Of a stretch of DNA of 64,000 bases, positions 13,368 to 21,989 are shown piece after piece. The stretch's first letter is position 1, and every line of letters starts with the position of its first letter. Source of the stretch: Candidatus Marinacidobacterium sp. (GTDB lineage: Bacteria; Acidobacteriota; Vicinamibacteria; Marinacidobacterales; Marinacidobacteraceae); NCBI GenBank assembly GCA_965204755.1, contig OZ242011.1:2144001-2208000 (forward strand), in the 5' to 3' direction. The notes beneath the pieces were generated by a model. It was not told where the DNA came from and made no database searches. It saw only the letters and a list, made by a program, of their open reading frames with translations. The position numbers were made by a program, and so were the translations under genes.

Positions 13368-14783
13368 ATGAGTGTGCAGATCGTTCGGCGCGGATTCGAC
13401 CTCCGCCTCGCCGGCGCCCTGCCGAAGGATCCGCCGCCCCCCGAGACCCGCGTCCCGGCGCGGATCGCCGTGCTGGGCGCGGATTACCCCGGGATGCGCC
13501 CCGCGATGCGCGTCCAGGTCGGCGACTCCGTGAGCCGCGGCGCCGTCCTCTTCGAGGATCGCAAGACCCCGGGCGTCCGCTTCACCGCGCCGATGGCCGG
13601 CCGCGTCGCCGCCATCCACCGGGGAGAGCGCCGCGCCTTCCGGGCGCTCGTCATCGAGACCGCCTCCGAAGAGAGGTCGGGCCGCCCCGGCCGCGCCCGG
13701 TCGCTGCGCGGCGCGGCCGGCCGCCATCCGGAGGGGATGACCGCCGACGCCGTCCGCGAACTCCTGCTCGACTCCGGCGCCTGGACGGCCATCCGCGCGC
13801 GCCCCTTCGGCCGCGTCGCCGACCCGGAACGCCGGCCGGCGGCGCTCTTCGTAACCGCCGCCGACACCGCGCCGCTCGCGCCCGACCCGGCGCGGGCGGT
13901 CGCCGGACGGGACGACGATCTCGCCTGGGGCCTCGCCGCGCTGGCCCACCTCACCGACGGCCCGGTCTTCGTCTGCTCCCGCGCCGGGCGGCGGCTCCCC
14001 GTCCCCGACAAGGACCGCATCCGCCAGTTCGAGTTCGCCGGGCCCCATCCGGCCGGCACCGCCGGGCTCCACATCCACCGGCTGGCCCCCGCGCGCCGCG
14101 GCCGGGAGGCCTGGCACCTGGACGCGCAGGACCTCGCCGCCGTCGGCGCCCTGTTCCGGACCGGGTCGCTCGACCCGCTGCGGGTGGTGGCCCTCGCCGG
14201 GCCGCCGCTCGCCCGTCCGCTCCTGCTGCGGACGCCCCTCGGCGCCGACGCGCTCGACCTGGCCCGGGCGGAACTCCGGCGCGGCAACGAGACCGCCATC
14301 CGCCCGGCGCACGAAGACCCCGCCGACCGCTGCCGGGTGATCTCCGGCTCGATCCTCTCCGGGCGCATCGCCGCGGACGACGACGGCCGCTTCCTCGGCC
14401 GCTACCACCGCCAGATCACCGTGCTCGAAGAGGCGCGCCGCCGGCGGCTGCTGGGTTGGCTCGGGCCGGGCTTCGGCGCGCTCTCCGCGAGCCGCGCGTT
14501 CCTCCCGGGGTCGGGTCGGGGACACGCGCCGGACACCGACGCGCACGGCTCCCGGCGCGCCATCGTCCCGACCGGCGCCTACGAACGCGTCATGGCCTTC
14601 GACATCCCGCCGGTGTTCCTGCTTCGCGCGCTCCTCATGGAAGACCTCGAGCGCGCGGAGGAACTGGGGGCGCTCGAGTTGGTGGAGGAAGACCTGGGCC
14701 TCCTTTCGTTCGTCTGCCCGGCGAAGAACGACTACGCGCCGCAACTGCGCCGGGTGCTCGACGCCCTGGAGCGGGAAGGTTGA
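13368..14783 (+). CDS. nqrA: Na+-translocating NADH:quinone oxidoreductase subunit A
   Basis: IVRRGFDLRLAG, DYPGMRP, FAGPHPAG, ELGALELVEEDLGLLSFVCPAK. Confidence 0.95.
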   Translation: MSVQIVRRGFDLRLAGALPKDPPPPETRVPARIAVLGADYPGMRPAMRVQVGDSVSRGAVLFEDRKTPGVRFTAPMAGRVAAIHRGERRAFRALVIETASEERSGRPGRARSLRGAAGRHPEGMTADAVRELLLDSGAWTAIRARPFGRVADPERRPAALFVTAADTAPLAPDPARAVAGRDDDLAWGLAALAHLTDGPVFVCSRAGRRLPVPDKDRIRQFEFAGPHPAGTAGLHIHRLAPARRGREAWHLDAQDLAAVGALFRTGSLDPLRVVALAGPPLARPLLLRTPLGADALDLARAELRRGNETAIRPAHEDPADRCRVISGSILSGRIAADDDGRFLGRYHRQITVLEEARRRRLLGWLGPGFGALSASRAFLPGSGRGHAPDTDAHGSRRAIVPTGAYERVMAFDIPPVFLLRALLMEDLERAEELGALELVEEDLGLLSFVCPAKNDYAPQLRRVLDALEREG

Positions 14784-14844
14784 CCGCCGCGGCGCGCCGC
14801 GCCCCGACCCGGATGGCTCCCGCCCGCCGCCGCTGAGTCGAGGG

Positions 14845-16104
14845 ATGCTCCGCCCGCTTCTGGACCGGATCGGCCGGCCGTTCGCCGAGGGCGGGCCGCT
14901 CGCGCGGTTCTGGCCGGCCTGGGACGCCGTCGACTCGTTCCTCTACACGCCGGGACGCCGGACCGCCGGCCCGCCGCACGCCCGCGACCGGCTGGACATG
15001 AAACGGCTCATGTTCACCGTGGTAACCGCGCTGGCCGGCACGGTGGCGATGGCGTTCTACAACACCGGGCTGCAGGCGAACCGGGCCATCGCCGCCGGCG
15101 CGTCGCCGCTGCCCGGCTGGCGGACCGCGGTGATCGAATCCGTCGGCGTCGGGTTTTCGCCGGACAGCCTCCTCGCCTGCGTCGTCCACGGCGGTCTCTG
15201 GTACCTGCCGGTGCTGGCGGTCACCTTCGCCGTCGGCGGGACCTGGGAAATGGTCTTCGCCGTCGTCCGCCGCCACGAAGTGAGCGAGGGTTTCCTGGTA
15301 ACCGGGATGCTGTTCCCGCTGATCCTGCCGCCGACCGTGCCGCTCTGGCAGGTCGCGCTGGGGATTTCCTTCGGCGTGGTCGTGGGCAAGGAGATCTTCG
15401 GCGGCAGCGGTTTCAACATCCTGAACCCGGCGCTCACCGCGCGCGCCTTCCTGTTCTTCGCGTATCCGGCGGACCTGACCGGCGACCGCATCTGGATCGC
15501 CGCCGATACCTCGCCGGACGCGGTCAGCGGCGCCACTTGGCTCGCCCGCCTCAGCCTCCGGGGGCCGGAGGCGTTCGCGGAAACCTTCCATCCCGCCGGC
15601 GCCGCCGGCATCAGCCCCTGGGACGCTTTCCTCGGTTTCCTTCCCGGTTCGATGGGGGAAACCTCGGTGCTCGCCTGCCTGTTCGGCGCGTTGGTGCTCG
15701 CGGTAACCGGGATCGGGTCGCTTCGCATCATGGCGGCGGTGGCGCTCGGCACCCTGGTCATGGGCGGGGCGCTCAACCTGGTCGGCTCGGACACGAATCC
15801 CTTCTTCGCCGTCCCGTTCTGGTGGCACTACCTGCTCGGCGGCTGGGCGTTCGGGACCGTGTTCATGGCGACCGAACCGGTAACCGCGCCTTCGACGCCC
15901 GGCGGGCGGGCGGCGTACGGATTCCTGATCGGCGTGTTGGTGGTGCTGATCCGGGTGGTGAACCCGGCCTACCCGGAAGGGATGATGCTCGCCATCCTGC
16001 TGATGAATGTGTTCGCGCCGCTCATCGACCACTTCGCGCTCCGCCGGAATATCCGCCGCCGCGCCCGCCGGGGAGCGGACGAGCGGCTGCCCGCGGCCGC
16101 CTGA
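14845..16104 (+). CDS. nqrB: Na+-NQR subunit B
   Basis: DMKRLM, EGFLVTGMLFPLILPP, KEIFGGSG, FMN-attachment DAVSGAT, PEGMMLAILLMNVFAPLIDH. Confidence 0.95.
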   Translation: MLRPLLDRIGRPFAEGGPLARFWPAWDAVDSFLYTPGRRTAGPPHARDRLDMKRLMFTVVTALAGTVAMAFYNTGLQANRAIAAGASPLPGWRTAVIESVGVGFSPDSLLACVVHGGLWYLPVLAVTFAVGGTWEMVFAVVRRHEVSEGFLVTGMLFPLILPPTVPLWQVALGISFGVVVGKEIFGGSGFNILNPALTARAFLFFAYPADLTGDRIWIAADTSPDAVSGATWLARLSLRGPEAFAETFHPAGAAGISPWDAFLGFLPGSMGETSVLACLFGALVLAVTGIGSLRIMAAVALGTLVMGGALNLVGSDTNPFFAVPFWWHYLLGGWAFGTVFMATEPVTAPSTPGGRAAYGFLIGVLVVLIRVVNPAYPEGMMLAILLMNVFAPLIDHFALRRNIRRRARRGADERLPAAA

Positions 16105-16199
16105 CCGCGGCGGGTTCCCCGCCGGGCCGCGCGGTTTCGCCGGGCCGCCGTTGGCGCAAGGCGTCGGCGATGGCTACTATCCCCAACAATTTCGCGTAG

Positions 16200-17186
16200 A
16201 TGCATCCCGTCTTCGCGCCCCGCTCGATTCCGTTCGTTCGCCGGTCCCGCCGCCCCGGGGGATTTCCCGCCGTGCTCGCCTCGGCGCTGCTGGTCTTCGG
16301 AGCGGCGTTCGCCCAGGCCGAAGAGGTCAGCGGCACGCTCCGCGGACGGGTCGTGGACGACCAGGGCGGCGCGATTCCGGGCGCGGCCGTGTTCGTGTTT
16401 TCGTCGGCGATGCCGGAAGGCGTCCGCGAAGCGACCAGCAGCCAGGCCGGGCGTTACCGGTTCCGCAACCTGCCGCCCGGCGACTACACGCTGGAAGTCG
16501 TCATGGAGGGGTTCGACGACTACGCGCGCGAGGGTCTTCCGGTCGAGGCCGGGGAAACGACGGATTGGGATCCGGTGCTCGCCGTGCCGGCGCTCGCCGA
16601 GAATGTGAGCGTGGCGACGGAACTTCCCGAAGTGGACCTCCGGAAGTCCGGGGTTTCGACGAACCTGCGCTTCGTGGAGGTGCATCCCCGAACCTGGCCG
16701 ATCTTCGATACGGCGTTCGGGGCGTACCGCACGAACCGGCGGGACCTGCTCGTGGAACTCGGGATCCCGGACGCCGAGGTGCTGCCGGAGACGGCGCGGG
16801 TCCTCGGACTCGCGCTCGGGTTCATGCGCGCCCGCCACCCGGAACGGGAGACGAGCGCGGCGTTCTTCGGACGGGCGGCGGTCGGCGCGGTGCACAACAA
16901 CTGGTTCGGCGTGGTCTTCGACTTCGGCGTTCTGCGCTTGACGCGAAGCGGCTTCTTCGGCGTGGGCGCCGGCGTGTGGGGTTTGGGCGATCCCGATGTG
17001 ACCGATGTGGGTCTGTTCTACACGCAGGGTTTCGATACCGCCTGGCGGACGAAGGCCGGCCCGGTGCAGTTCTTCGTCGAGGCCCGCGTGTTCGCCCGGC
17101 AGTTGGACGCGCTGCAGGACAACTTCTCGGTGAACGGCGGCTTCCGAATCAACTGGCGCCCCCACCACCGAGTCGAAATCCGCTGA
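16200..17186 (+). CDS. exported protein with carboxypeptidase-regulatory-like domain and probable C-terminal beta-rich domain
   Basis: Signal peptide (..FGAAFAQA), then GTLRGRVVDDQGGAIPGA...GRYRFRNLPPGDYTL; amphipathic beta strands near the end (FSVNGGFRINW). Confidence 0.75.
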   Translation: MHPVFAPRSIPFVRRSRRPGGFPAVLASALLVFGAAFAQAEEVSGTLRGRVVDDQGGAIPGAAVFVFSSAMPEGVREATSSQAGRYRFRNLPPGDYTLEVVMEGFDDYAREGLPVEAGETTDWDPVLAVPALAENVSVATELPEVDLRKSGVSTNLRFVEVHPRTWPIFDTAFGAYRTNRRDLLVELGIPDAEVLPETARVLGLALGFMRARHPERETSAAFFGRAAVGAVHNNWFGVVFDFGVLRLTRSGFFGVGAGVWGLGDPDVTDVGLFYTQGFDTAWRTKAGPVQFFVEARVFARQLDALQDNFSVNGGFRINWRPHHRVEIR

Positions 17187-17231
17187 CCGTCCGCTGACCG
17201 CCGCGCGGCCGGGCGGCGGCCCCGCGCGCCG

Positions 17232-17747
17232 CTACGGAGCGGGGAAGAGTCCGAGCGCCGCCCGCTGCTCCGCGCCGAGCGGATAGTCCGGGTTACGGCA
17301 CGGGTAGATCTTCGCGGCGTCCCAAAATTCCACGGGGATATGGGTCGGTTCGGTGATCTTGACTCCGGCCTCTTCGAGATCGTGGTGGAGGCGGTACCCG
17401 TCGAAGAGGAAGACGAACTCGATCGCCCACGGGCCGGACGGTTGCTCGCCGGCCTTCGGCCCGTTGATCACCAGGTAGTAGTCGGGAGGCGTCGGCTTCA
17501 GGTCGAGGTAGCCCGGGTGTTTCGCGTAGCGCTTGACTTCGACGGTCTTGCCCCGGAGACACTTCGCTCCGTACCGCCCGTCCGCGAAGAATCCGTCGCT
17601 ACCGGGGTGCAGCGGGTCGTCGTGCAATGCGACAGGGAAGACGCCGGCCGCGATGAGTTCCCCGAAGTTCCCGGAGATCGCGGCGTAGTTGCCTGCCGCC
17701 ATGGCGCCGTCGGCAGCGGACTCCAGCGGGCGCAGGAGGCCGGCCAT
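17232..17747 (-). CDS. hypothetical protein, PD-(D/E)XK-nuclease-like motifs
   Basis: G.FGELIAA..F, GSDG, TVEVK, PDYYLV. A better RBS (GAGGA) + GTG at 17773 is one nt out of frame, so the 5' end may be frameshifted. Confidence 0.6.
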   Translation of the reverse strand: MAGLLRPLESAADGAMAAGNYAAISGNFGELIAAGVFPVALHDDPLHPGSDGFFADGRYGAKCLRGKTVEVKRYAKHPGYLDLKPTPPDYYLVINGPKAGEQPSGPWAIEFVFLFDGYRLHHDLEEAGVKITEPTHIPVEFWDAAKIYPCRNPDYPLGAEQRAALGLFPAP

Positions 17748-17892
17748 GCGTTTCAGGAGTTCGAGATCGTCACTTCGTGTTCCTCGGTTCAGGCGCAGTC
17801 GAACCTGGTGGGAGCCGCAAGGCGGCAGGTCGCTTCGTGGAGACCGCAGTCCCGCCGGACGACCGCCCGGATTCGCGCCGGCCGGCGACCGT

Positions 17893-19143
17893 GAAGGTCG
17901 TCGATCCGCGCCCCGACGACCGCGAAGGATCTCGATCTACGGGATCGAGCCGACGAAAGGGGGTGTCGATCGGCGCTATTCGGTAACCGCGAAGGGTGTC
18001 GATCCGGCGGCGCGGAAGGGTGTCGATCTGCGCCCCGGCGACCGCGAAGGGTGTCGATCCGCGCGGCGTGGAGCGAACTGGAAGGGTCTCGATCCGCGCC
18101 CCCGGAGACCGGGCAACTGTTCGATCCGCGCGGGTCTGGAGCGGGGGGCAAGTGTTCGATCCGCACTCCGCCCCGCCGCGTAAGTGTTCGATCCGCGCGT
18201 TCGGCAAGTGTTCGATCCGCAGGATCGAGCGGACCGGAAGGGTGTCGATCCGCGCGCCCGGCGCCCGCGAAGGGTGTCGATCCACGGCGCGGATCGGGCC
18301 GGAAAGGTGTCGATCCGCGCGTCCGGCGACTCCGAAGGGTCTCGATCCGCGGGATCGAGCAGACCGGATCTGTTCGATCCGATCCCCCGGAGATGGCGCA
18401 AGTGTTCGATCCGCGCGTCCGGCAAGTGTTCGATCCGCGGGATCGAGCGGACCGGAAGGGTGTCGATCCGCGCGCCCGGCGCCCGCGAAGGGTGTCGATC
18501 CATGGCGCGGATCGGGCCGGAAAGGTGTCGATCCGCGCGTCCGGCGACTCCGAAGGGTCTCGATCCACGGGATCGAGCAGACCGGATCTGTTCGATCCGC
18601 GTCCCAGGGGACCGCGCAAGTGTTCGATCCGCGCGTCCGGCAAGTGTTCGATCCGCAGGATCGAGCGGACCGGAAGGGTGTCGATCCGCGCGTCCGGCGA
18701 CTCCGAAGGGTGTCGATCCGCCGGATCGAGCAGACCGGATCTGTTCGATCCGCGCGCCCGGCGACCGGGCAAGTGTTCGATCCGCGCGGGCGTGGAGCGG
18801 GGTGCAAGTGTTCGATCCGCGCGTCCGGCAACTGTTCGATCCGCCGGTTTGCGCGGGCCGGAAGGGTGTCGATCTGCGCGTCCGGCGACTCCGAAGAGTC
18901 TCGATCCGCGGGATCGAGCGCCTCCGGAGGTGTTCGATCCGCGGTCTCGGCGCCTGCGCAAGTGTTCGATCCGTGGCATGGAGCAGGACGGATCTGTTCG
19001 ATCCGAGCCCCCGGCGACCGCGCAAGTGTTCGATCCGTGGCATGGAGCAGGGTGCAAGTGTTCGATTCGCACTCCGCCCGGCCGCGTAAGTGTTCGATCC
19101 GCGCGTCCGGACAAGTGTTCGATCCGCAGGATCGAGCGGACCG
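17893..19143. repeat. composite tandem array of ~40 units anchored on TCGATC(C), period mostly 32-33 bp (some 24-25, 31 and 34-35), with 218-bp higher-order repeat
   Basis: Cores counted at 17901, 17932, 17966, 17999, 18023 ... 19094, 19119. Three head variants: GAAGGGTG-, CAAGTGT- and GGATCTGT-TCGATCC. Equivalent cores at 18212, 18430 and 18648 are 218 bp apart. Confidence 0.95.
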
Positions 19144-19309
19144 GAAGACGCTCGCGGCGACCAACCCCCCGAAGTCGCCGTTGACCCCCGTGCCCTGCGG
19201 CGTCGCGATCAGTCGGCCGGCGGGTTCGTCCAGCGCCCGCACCACGCGGGTGATGCATTCAGGAGTTCGAGATCGATCACTTCGTTTTCCTGTTTCAGGC
19301 GTAGTCGAA
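19144..19309 (-). pseudogene. diverged 5' fragment duplicate of the 17232-17747 gene and its leader
   Basis: 19144-19309 aligns with 17637-17803 (shared TTCAGGAGTTCGAGATCG, TCACTTCGT, TTCAGGCG.AGTCGAA). The peptides ITRVVRALDEPAGRLIATPQGTGVNGDFGGLVAASVF and MAGLLRPLESAADGAMAAGNYAAISGNFGELIAAGVF align without gaps. Confidence 0.8.
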
Positions 19310-19356
19310 TCAAGGGTCGGGGCTCAAGCGGCGCTGTGGGGCCGCTGCGTGGTGTT

Positions 19357-19770
19357 TCAGGCGTGTACGCCGAGAGGGGCGACGGTGAGTCCGGGGAGGG
19401 CGGCTTGGAGGTGTCGCGCTACGAGGGTGCGGTGACACTCGGAGTCTCGGAGGCAGGCGCAGAGGAGGACGATGCGCTTGCCTTCGCGGATGGCGTCGAG
19501 GATGAGGGTCGTGTCGGCGTCCGGGTCGGCGAGGATGGGCGAGGAGTCTTCGTCGAGTGCGGCGTTTCCGAGGCCCGGGTGGTGCGAGTAGGTGATCCCG
19601 TGGGGTGCGAACCAGTTTCGGATGGCGGCTCCGCCCCAGATAAAGCGGGGGGATGTGGGTCGGAGTCGGATGTCGGCGATGTGGTTGACATCGGCGAGTT
19701 GGAGCCGTTCGAGGAGGGATTCTCGGGAGTGTCGGGCGTATCCGCCCTGATGGATGAGGGGTCGGGTCAT
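19357..19770 (-). CDS. DUF488-family protein
   Basis: GY..., IADIRLRPTS, ITYSHHPGLGN, IVLLCAC..SECHRTLVA. Confidence 0.8.
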   Translation of the reverse strand: MTRPLIHQGGYARHSRESLLERLQLADVNHIADIRLRPTSPRFIWGGAAIRNWFAPHGITYSHHPGLGNAALDEDSSPILADPDADTTLILDAIREGKRIVLLCACLRDSECHRTLVARHLQAALPGLTVAPLGVHA

Positions 19771-19841
19771 GCGAAGAGTCGGTCTCGGGAGTCTTCCCAG
19801 GCGTTGCCGACGGATTCGAAGGCGCGAAGCGACGGCATCGG

Positions 19842-20876
19842 TCAGCCGGCGAACTGGGTGGCGGCGTGGACGAGGCGGCCGTCGAGGGTAAGGGCGTGGT
19901 GGATCAGGCGCTCGTCCTTCGCGTGGAACTCCACCCCCAGCCCGAGACCCGGATTCCGGCGGAGCGGCATCCAGGTGGGGCGGCGGACGCCCCAGAGGGC
20001 GCGGGTCGCCGACGGTTGGCCGGGGCGCTCGGGGAGGTCGAGCAGGTGCGACCTCACGAGGCTTCCCCAGTGGGCCGCCAGCAGCCCCGGAGCGCCGAAG
20101 AGGTCCACGGAGACGACCCGTTCGCCGTGGGTGACCACGACGCCGCGCTGACCGGGGAGCGGGCCGCGGGCGGCCAGTTCCCCCGCCGCGCCGCCTCGGC
20201 CGCGGTCGCGCCGGAAGACCGCTTCCTCCGCCTCCGCGGCGGACCTCGACGCGGACGGGGCGCCGTGGGCCGCCATCAGGTCGTCCACCTCCCCCCAGGC
20301 GGCGCCCTGGTCGGAGGCGTAGCCGCGCTCTTCCCGGAGCGAGTCGGCGACGGCCCCGACCACCACCCGCCGCAGGCGCCGCGGGGCCTTCGCCGCCCCG
20401 ATCCGGAGCCGGCGGGACGACTCCGGGTCGTCCGGCGCCGTTTCGGGCGGCGCGGCGCCCGGCGTCCGACCGCCGTCCGGCGTCATGCCGACGATCGGGC
20501 TGCGCCTCGGGCCGGGGCGGCCGTAGGCCCAGCGGCCGGCCTCGAGGCAGGTCACCGGGATGTCGAGCGCCGCGCCCGGGGCCAGCAGCACCGAGCCGTT
20601 GACCACGCGGTTCTGCATCCCGCCGACGAAGTGCTCGCCTTCGACGAGCAGGATCGGCGTCGCCGTGGGGTTCGCCGCCCGCACCGTGTTCACCTGTTCC
20701 CGGTCGAGTTCCTTCACCACCAGCCCGGCGCCTTCGCCGGTGCGGATCTCCGGCAGGTCGTTGCCCTGCAGGTAGATCGGGTGGAAGGAGACATGCAGCC
20801 GGGTGATCGGCGCCCCGACGGCGGCGGTATCGAGCGCGGGGAGGGCCCCCCGCGGGTCGGTCGTTTTCTCGGTCAT
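19842..20876 (-). CDS. DUF6569 / ARPP-1 family protein
   Basis: VKE...VNTVRAAN...PILLVEGEHFVGGMQNRVVNGSVLL...IPVTCLEAGRW, DQGAAWGEV, PLPGQRGVV. RBS GGAG upstream of ATG 20876. Confidence 0.8.
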   Translation of the reverse strand: MTEKTTDPRGALPALDTAAVGAPITRLHVSFHPIYLQGNDLPEIRTGEGAGLVVKELDREQVNTVRAANPTATPILLVEGEHFVGGMQNRVVNGSVLLAPGAALDIPVTCLEAGRWAYGRPGPRRSPIVGMTPDGGRTPGAAPPETAPDDPESSRRLRIGAAKAPRRLRRVVVGAVADSLREERGYASDQGAAWGEVDDLMAAHGAPSASRSAAEAEEAVFRRDRGRGGAAGELAARGPLPGQRGVVVTHGERVVSVDLFGAPGLLAAHWGSLVRSHLLDLPERPGQPSATRALWGVRRPTWMPLRRNPGLGLGVEFHAKDERLIHHALTLDGRLVHAATQFAG

Positions 20877-20904
20877 GGTCTGGTTTCTCCCCGGCTCGTT
20901 GGCC

Positions 20905-20970
20905 GTCTATTGGTCAGATAGTTGTTATCTGAGAGACTAATACTAACGGGTTAAAGTCTCGAAGTCAAAT
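20905..20970. promoter_or_regulatory. AT-rich divergent promoter region with inverted repeats; candidate NrtR-type operator
   Basis: TCAGATA-gttgt-TATCTGA (20914-20932) and GAGACT...AGTCTC (20933-20960), lying between divergent DUF6569 and Nudix-wHTH genes. Confidence 0.6.
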
Positions 20971-20983
20971 TCCTCCCGCGTCC

Positions 20984-21943
20984 ATGCCGTCGAAGCGCCC
21001 CCCCGGGTACGACCCGCTCGCCTTCCCGCCGGTGGCGGTAACGGTGGACCTCGTGGTGTTCACCGTCCGCGGCGGAGCGCTGCAGGCGCTGCTCGTCCGG
21101 CGCGGCCAGCCGCCGTTTCGCGGCGACTGGGCGCTTCCGGGCGGGTTCGTCCAGCCGGAGGAGGACCTGCTCGACGCCGCCCTGCGGGAACTGGAGGAAG
21201 AGACCGGGGTGGGGCGGGAGGCCGTCCACATCGAGCAGTTGCGGGCCTACGGCGCTCCCGGCCGCGACCCCCGGATGCGGGTGGTGACCGTGGCCTATTG
21301 GGCGGTGGTCGGGTCGCTGCCGCCGCTGGCCGCCGGGACGGACGCCGAGTCGGCGGCCCTCGTCCCGGTGAAGGACATCGACGAGGGGGGCGTCCGGCTC
21401 GCCTTCGACCACTTCGGGATCGTCCGCGACGCCGTCGCCTACATCCGGAGTCGGCTGGAAGACGATCCGGCGCTCGCGGCGCGGTTCTGCCCGCCGGAAT
21501 TCACGATCACCGAACTCCGGCGCGTCTTCGAGGCGGTGTGGCGGACGGCGGTGGAGCCGGCGAACTTCCAGCGCCAGGTGCGGAAGAGCGGCGTGTTCCG
21601 GCGGCTGCCGGGGACGGCGGCGTCGGGGTCGCTGGGAGGACGGCCGGCTTCCCGGTGGGTCGCGCCGGAAGTGACCGCGTCGGCGGCGGCGCCGGAGGCG
21701 TTCGTGGGCGCGGCGCCCCCGGACGGCGCTCCGATGGCGGGCGCCGCGGAAGGCGTCGAGAGTCCGGGGGGCTTCGATCCGGTGTCGGTCGGTTCCGCCC
21801 CGGAAGCGCCCGCCGCCGGCCCGGCCGACCGCGGGGACGGCGCCCCGCCGCCCGCCTCCCCGGACTCGCCGCCCCGGGTGCGGTTCCCCCGGCCTCGCCG
21901 CCGCCGCCGCCCGGCGCCGCCGGACTCCGGGGGCGGCGGCTGA
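20984..21943 (+). CDS. NrtR-like Nudix hydrolase / winged-helix transcriptional regulator
   Basis: VTVDLVVFT, Nudix box WALPGGFVQPEEDLLDAALRELEEETG, RDPRMRVVTVAY, LAFDH, FTITELRRVFEAV..ANFQR, GGRPA; Pro/Ala-rich tail. Confidence 0.88.
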   Translation: MPSKRPPGYDPLAFPPVAVTVDLVVFTVRGGALQALLVRRGQPPFRGDWALPGGFVQPEEDLLDAALRELEEETGVGREAVHIEQLRAYGAPGRDPRMRVVTVAYWAVVGSLPPLAAGTDAESAALVPVKDIDEGGVRLAFDHFGIVRDAVAYIRSRLEDDPALAARFCPPEFTITELRRVFEAVWRTAVEPANFQRQVRKSGVFRRLPGTAASGSLGGRPASRWVAPEVTASAAAPEAFVGAAPPDGAPMAGAAEGVESPGGFDPVSVGSAPEAPAAGPADRGDGAPPPASPDSPPRVRFPRPRRRRRPAPPDSGGGG

Positions 21944-21989
21944 CCGCCCGGGCCTCCCGCCGTTAGGATTTTCGCCCCCCGCCGCCGCC

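Noticed and set aside
8978-14744. ~1000-aa minus-strand ORFs (8978-11980, 11808-14744)
   Set aside because: They are shadows of the SNF2, SWIM and nqrA genes in high-GC DNA.
17893-19143. CRISPR array
   Set aside because: The conserved part is only ~15 nt, the variable parts are short, mutually homologous and reused, and there are no cas genes in the window.
17770-19435. Six overlapping 300-490 aa ORFs across the array
   Set aside because: The same peptides (RIEHL, GSNTC, ADRTL) rotate through all frames because most units are not multiples of 3. This is an artefact of a stop-poor repeat.
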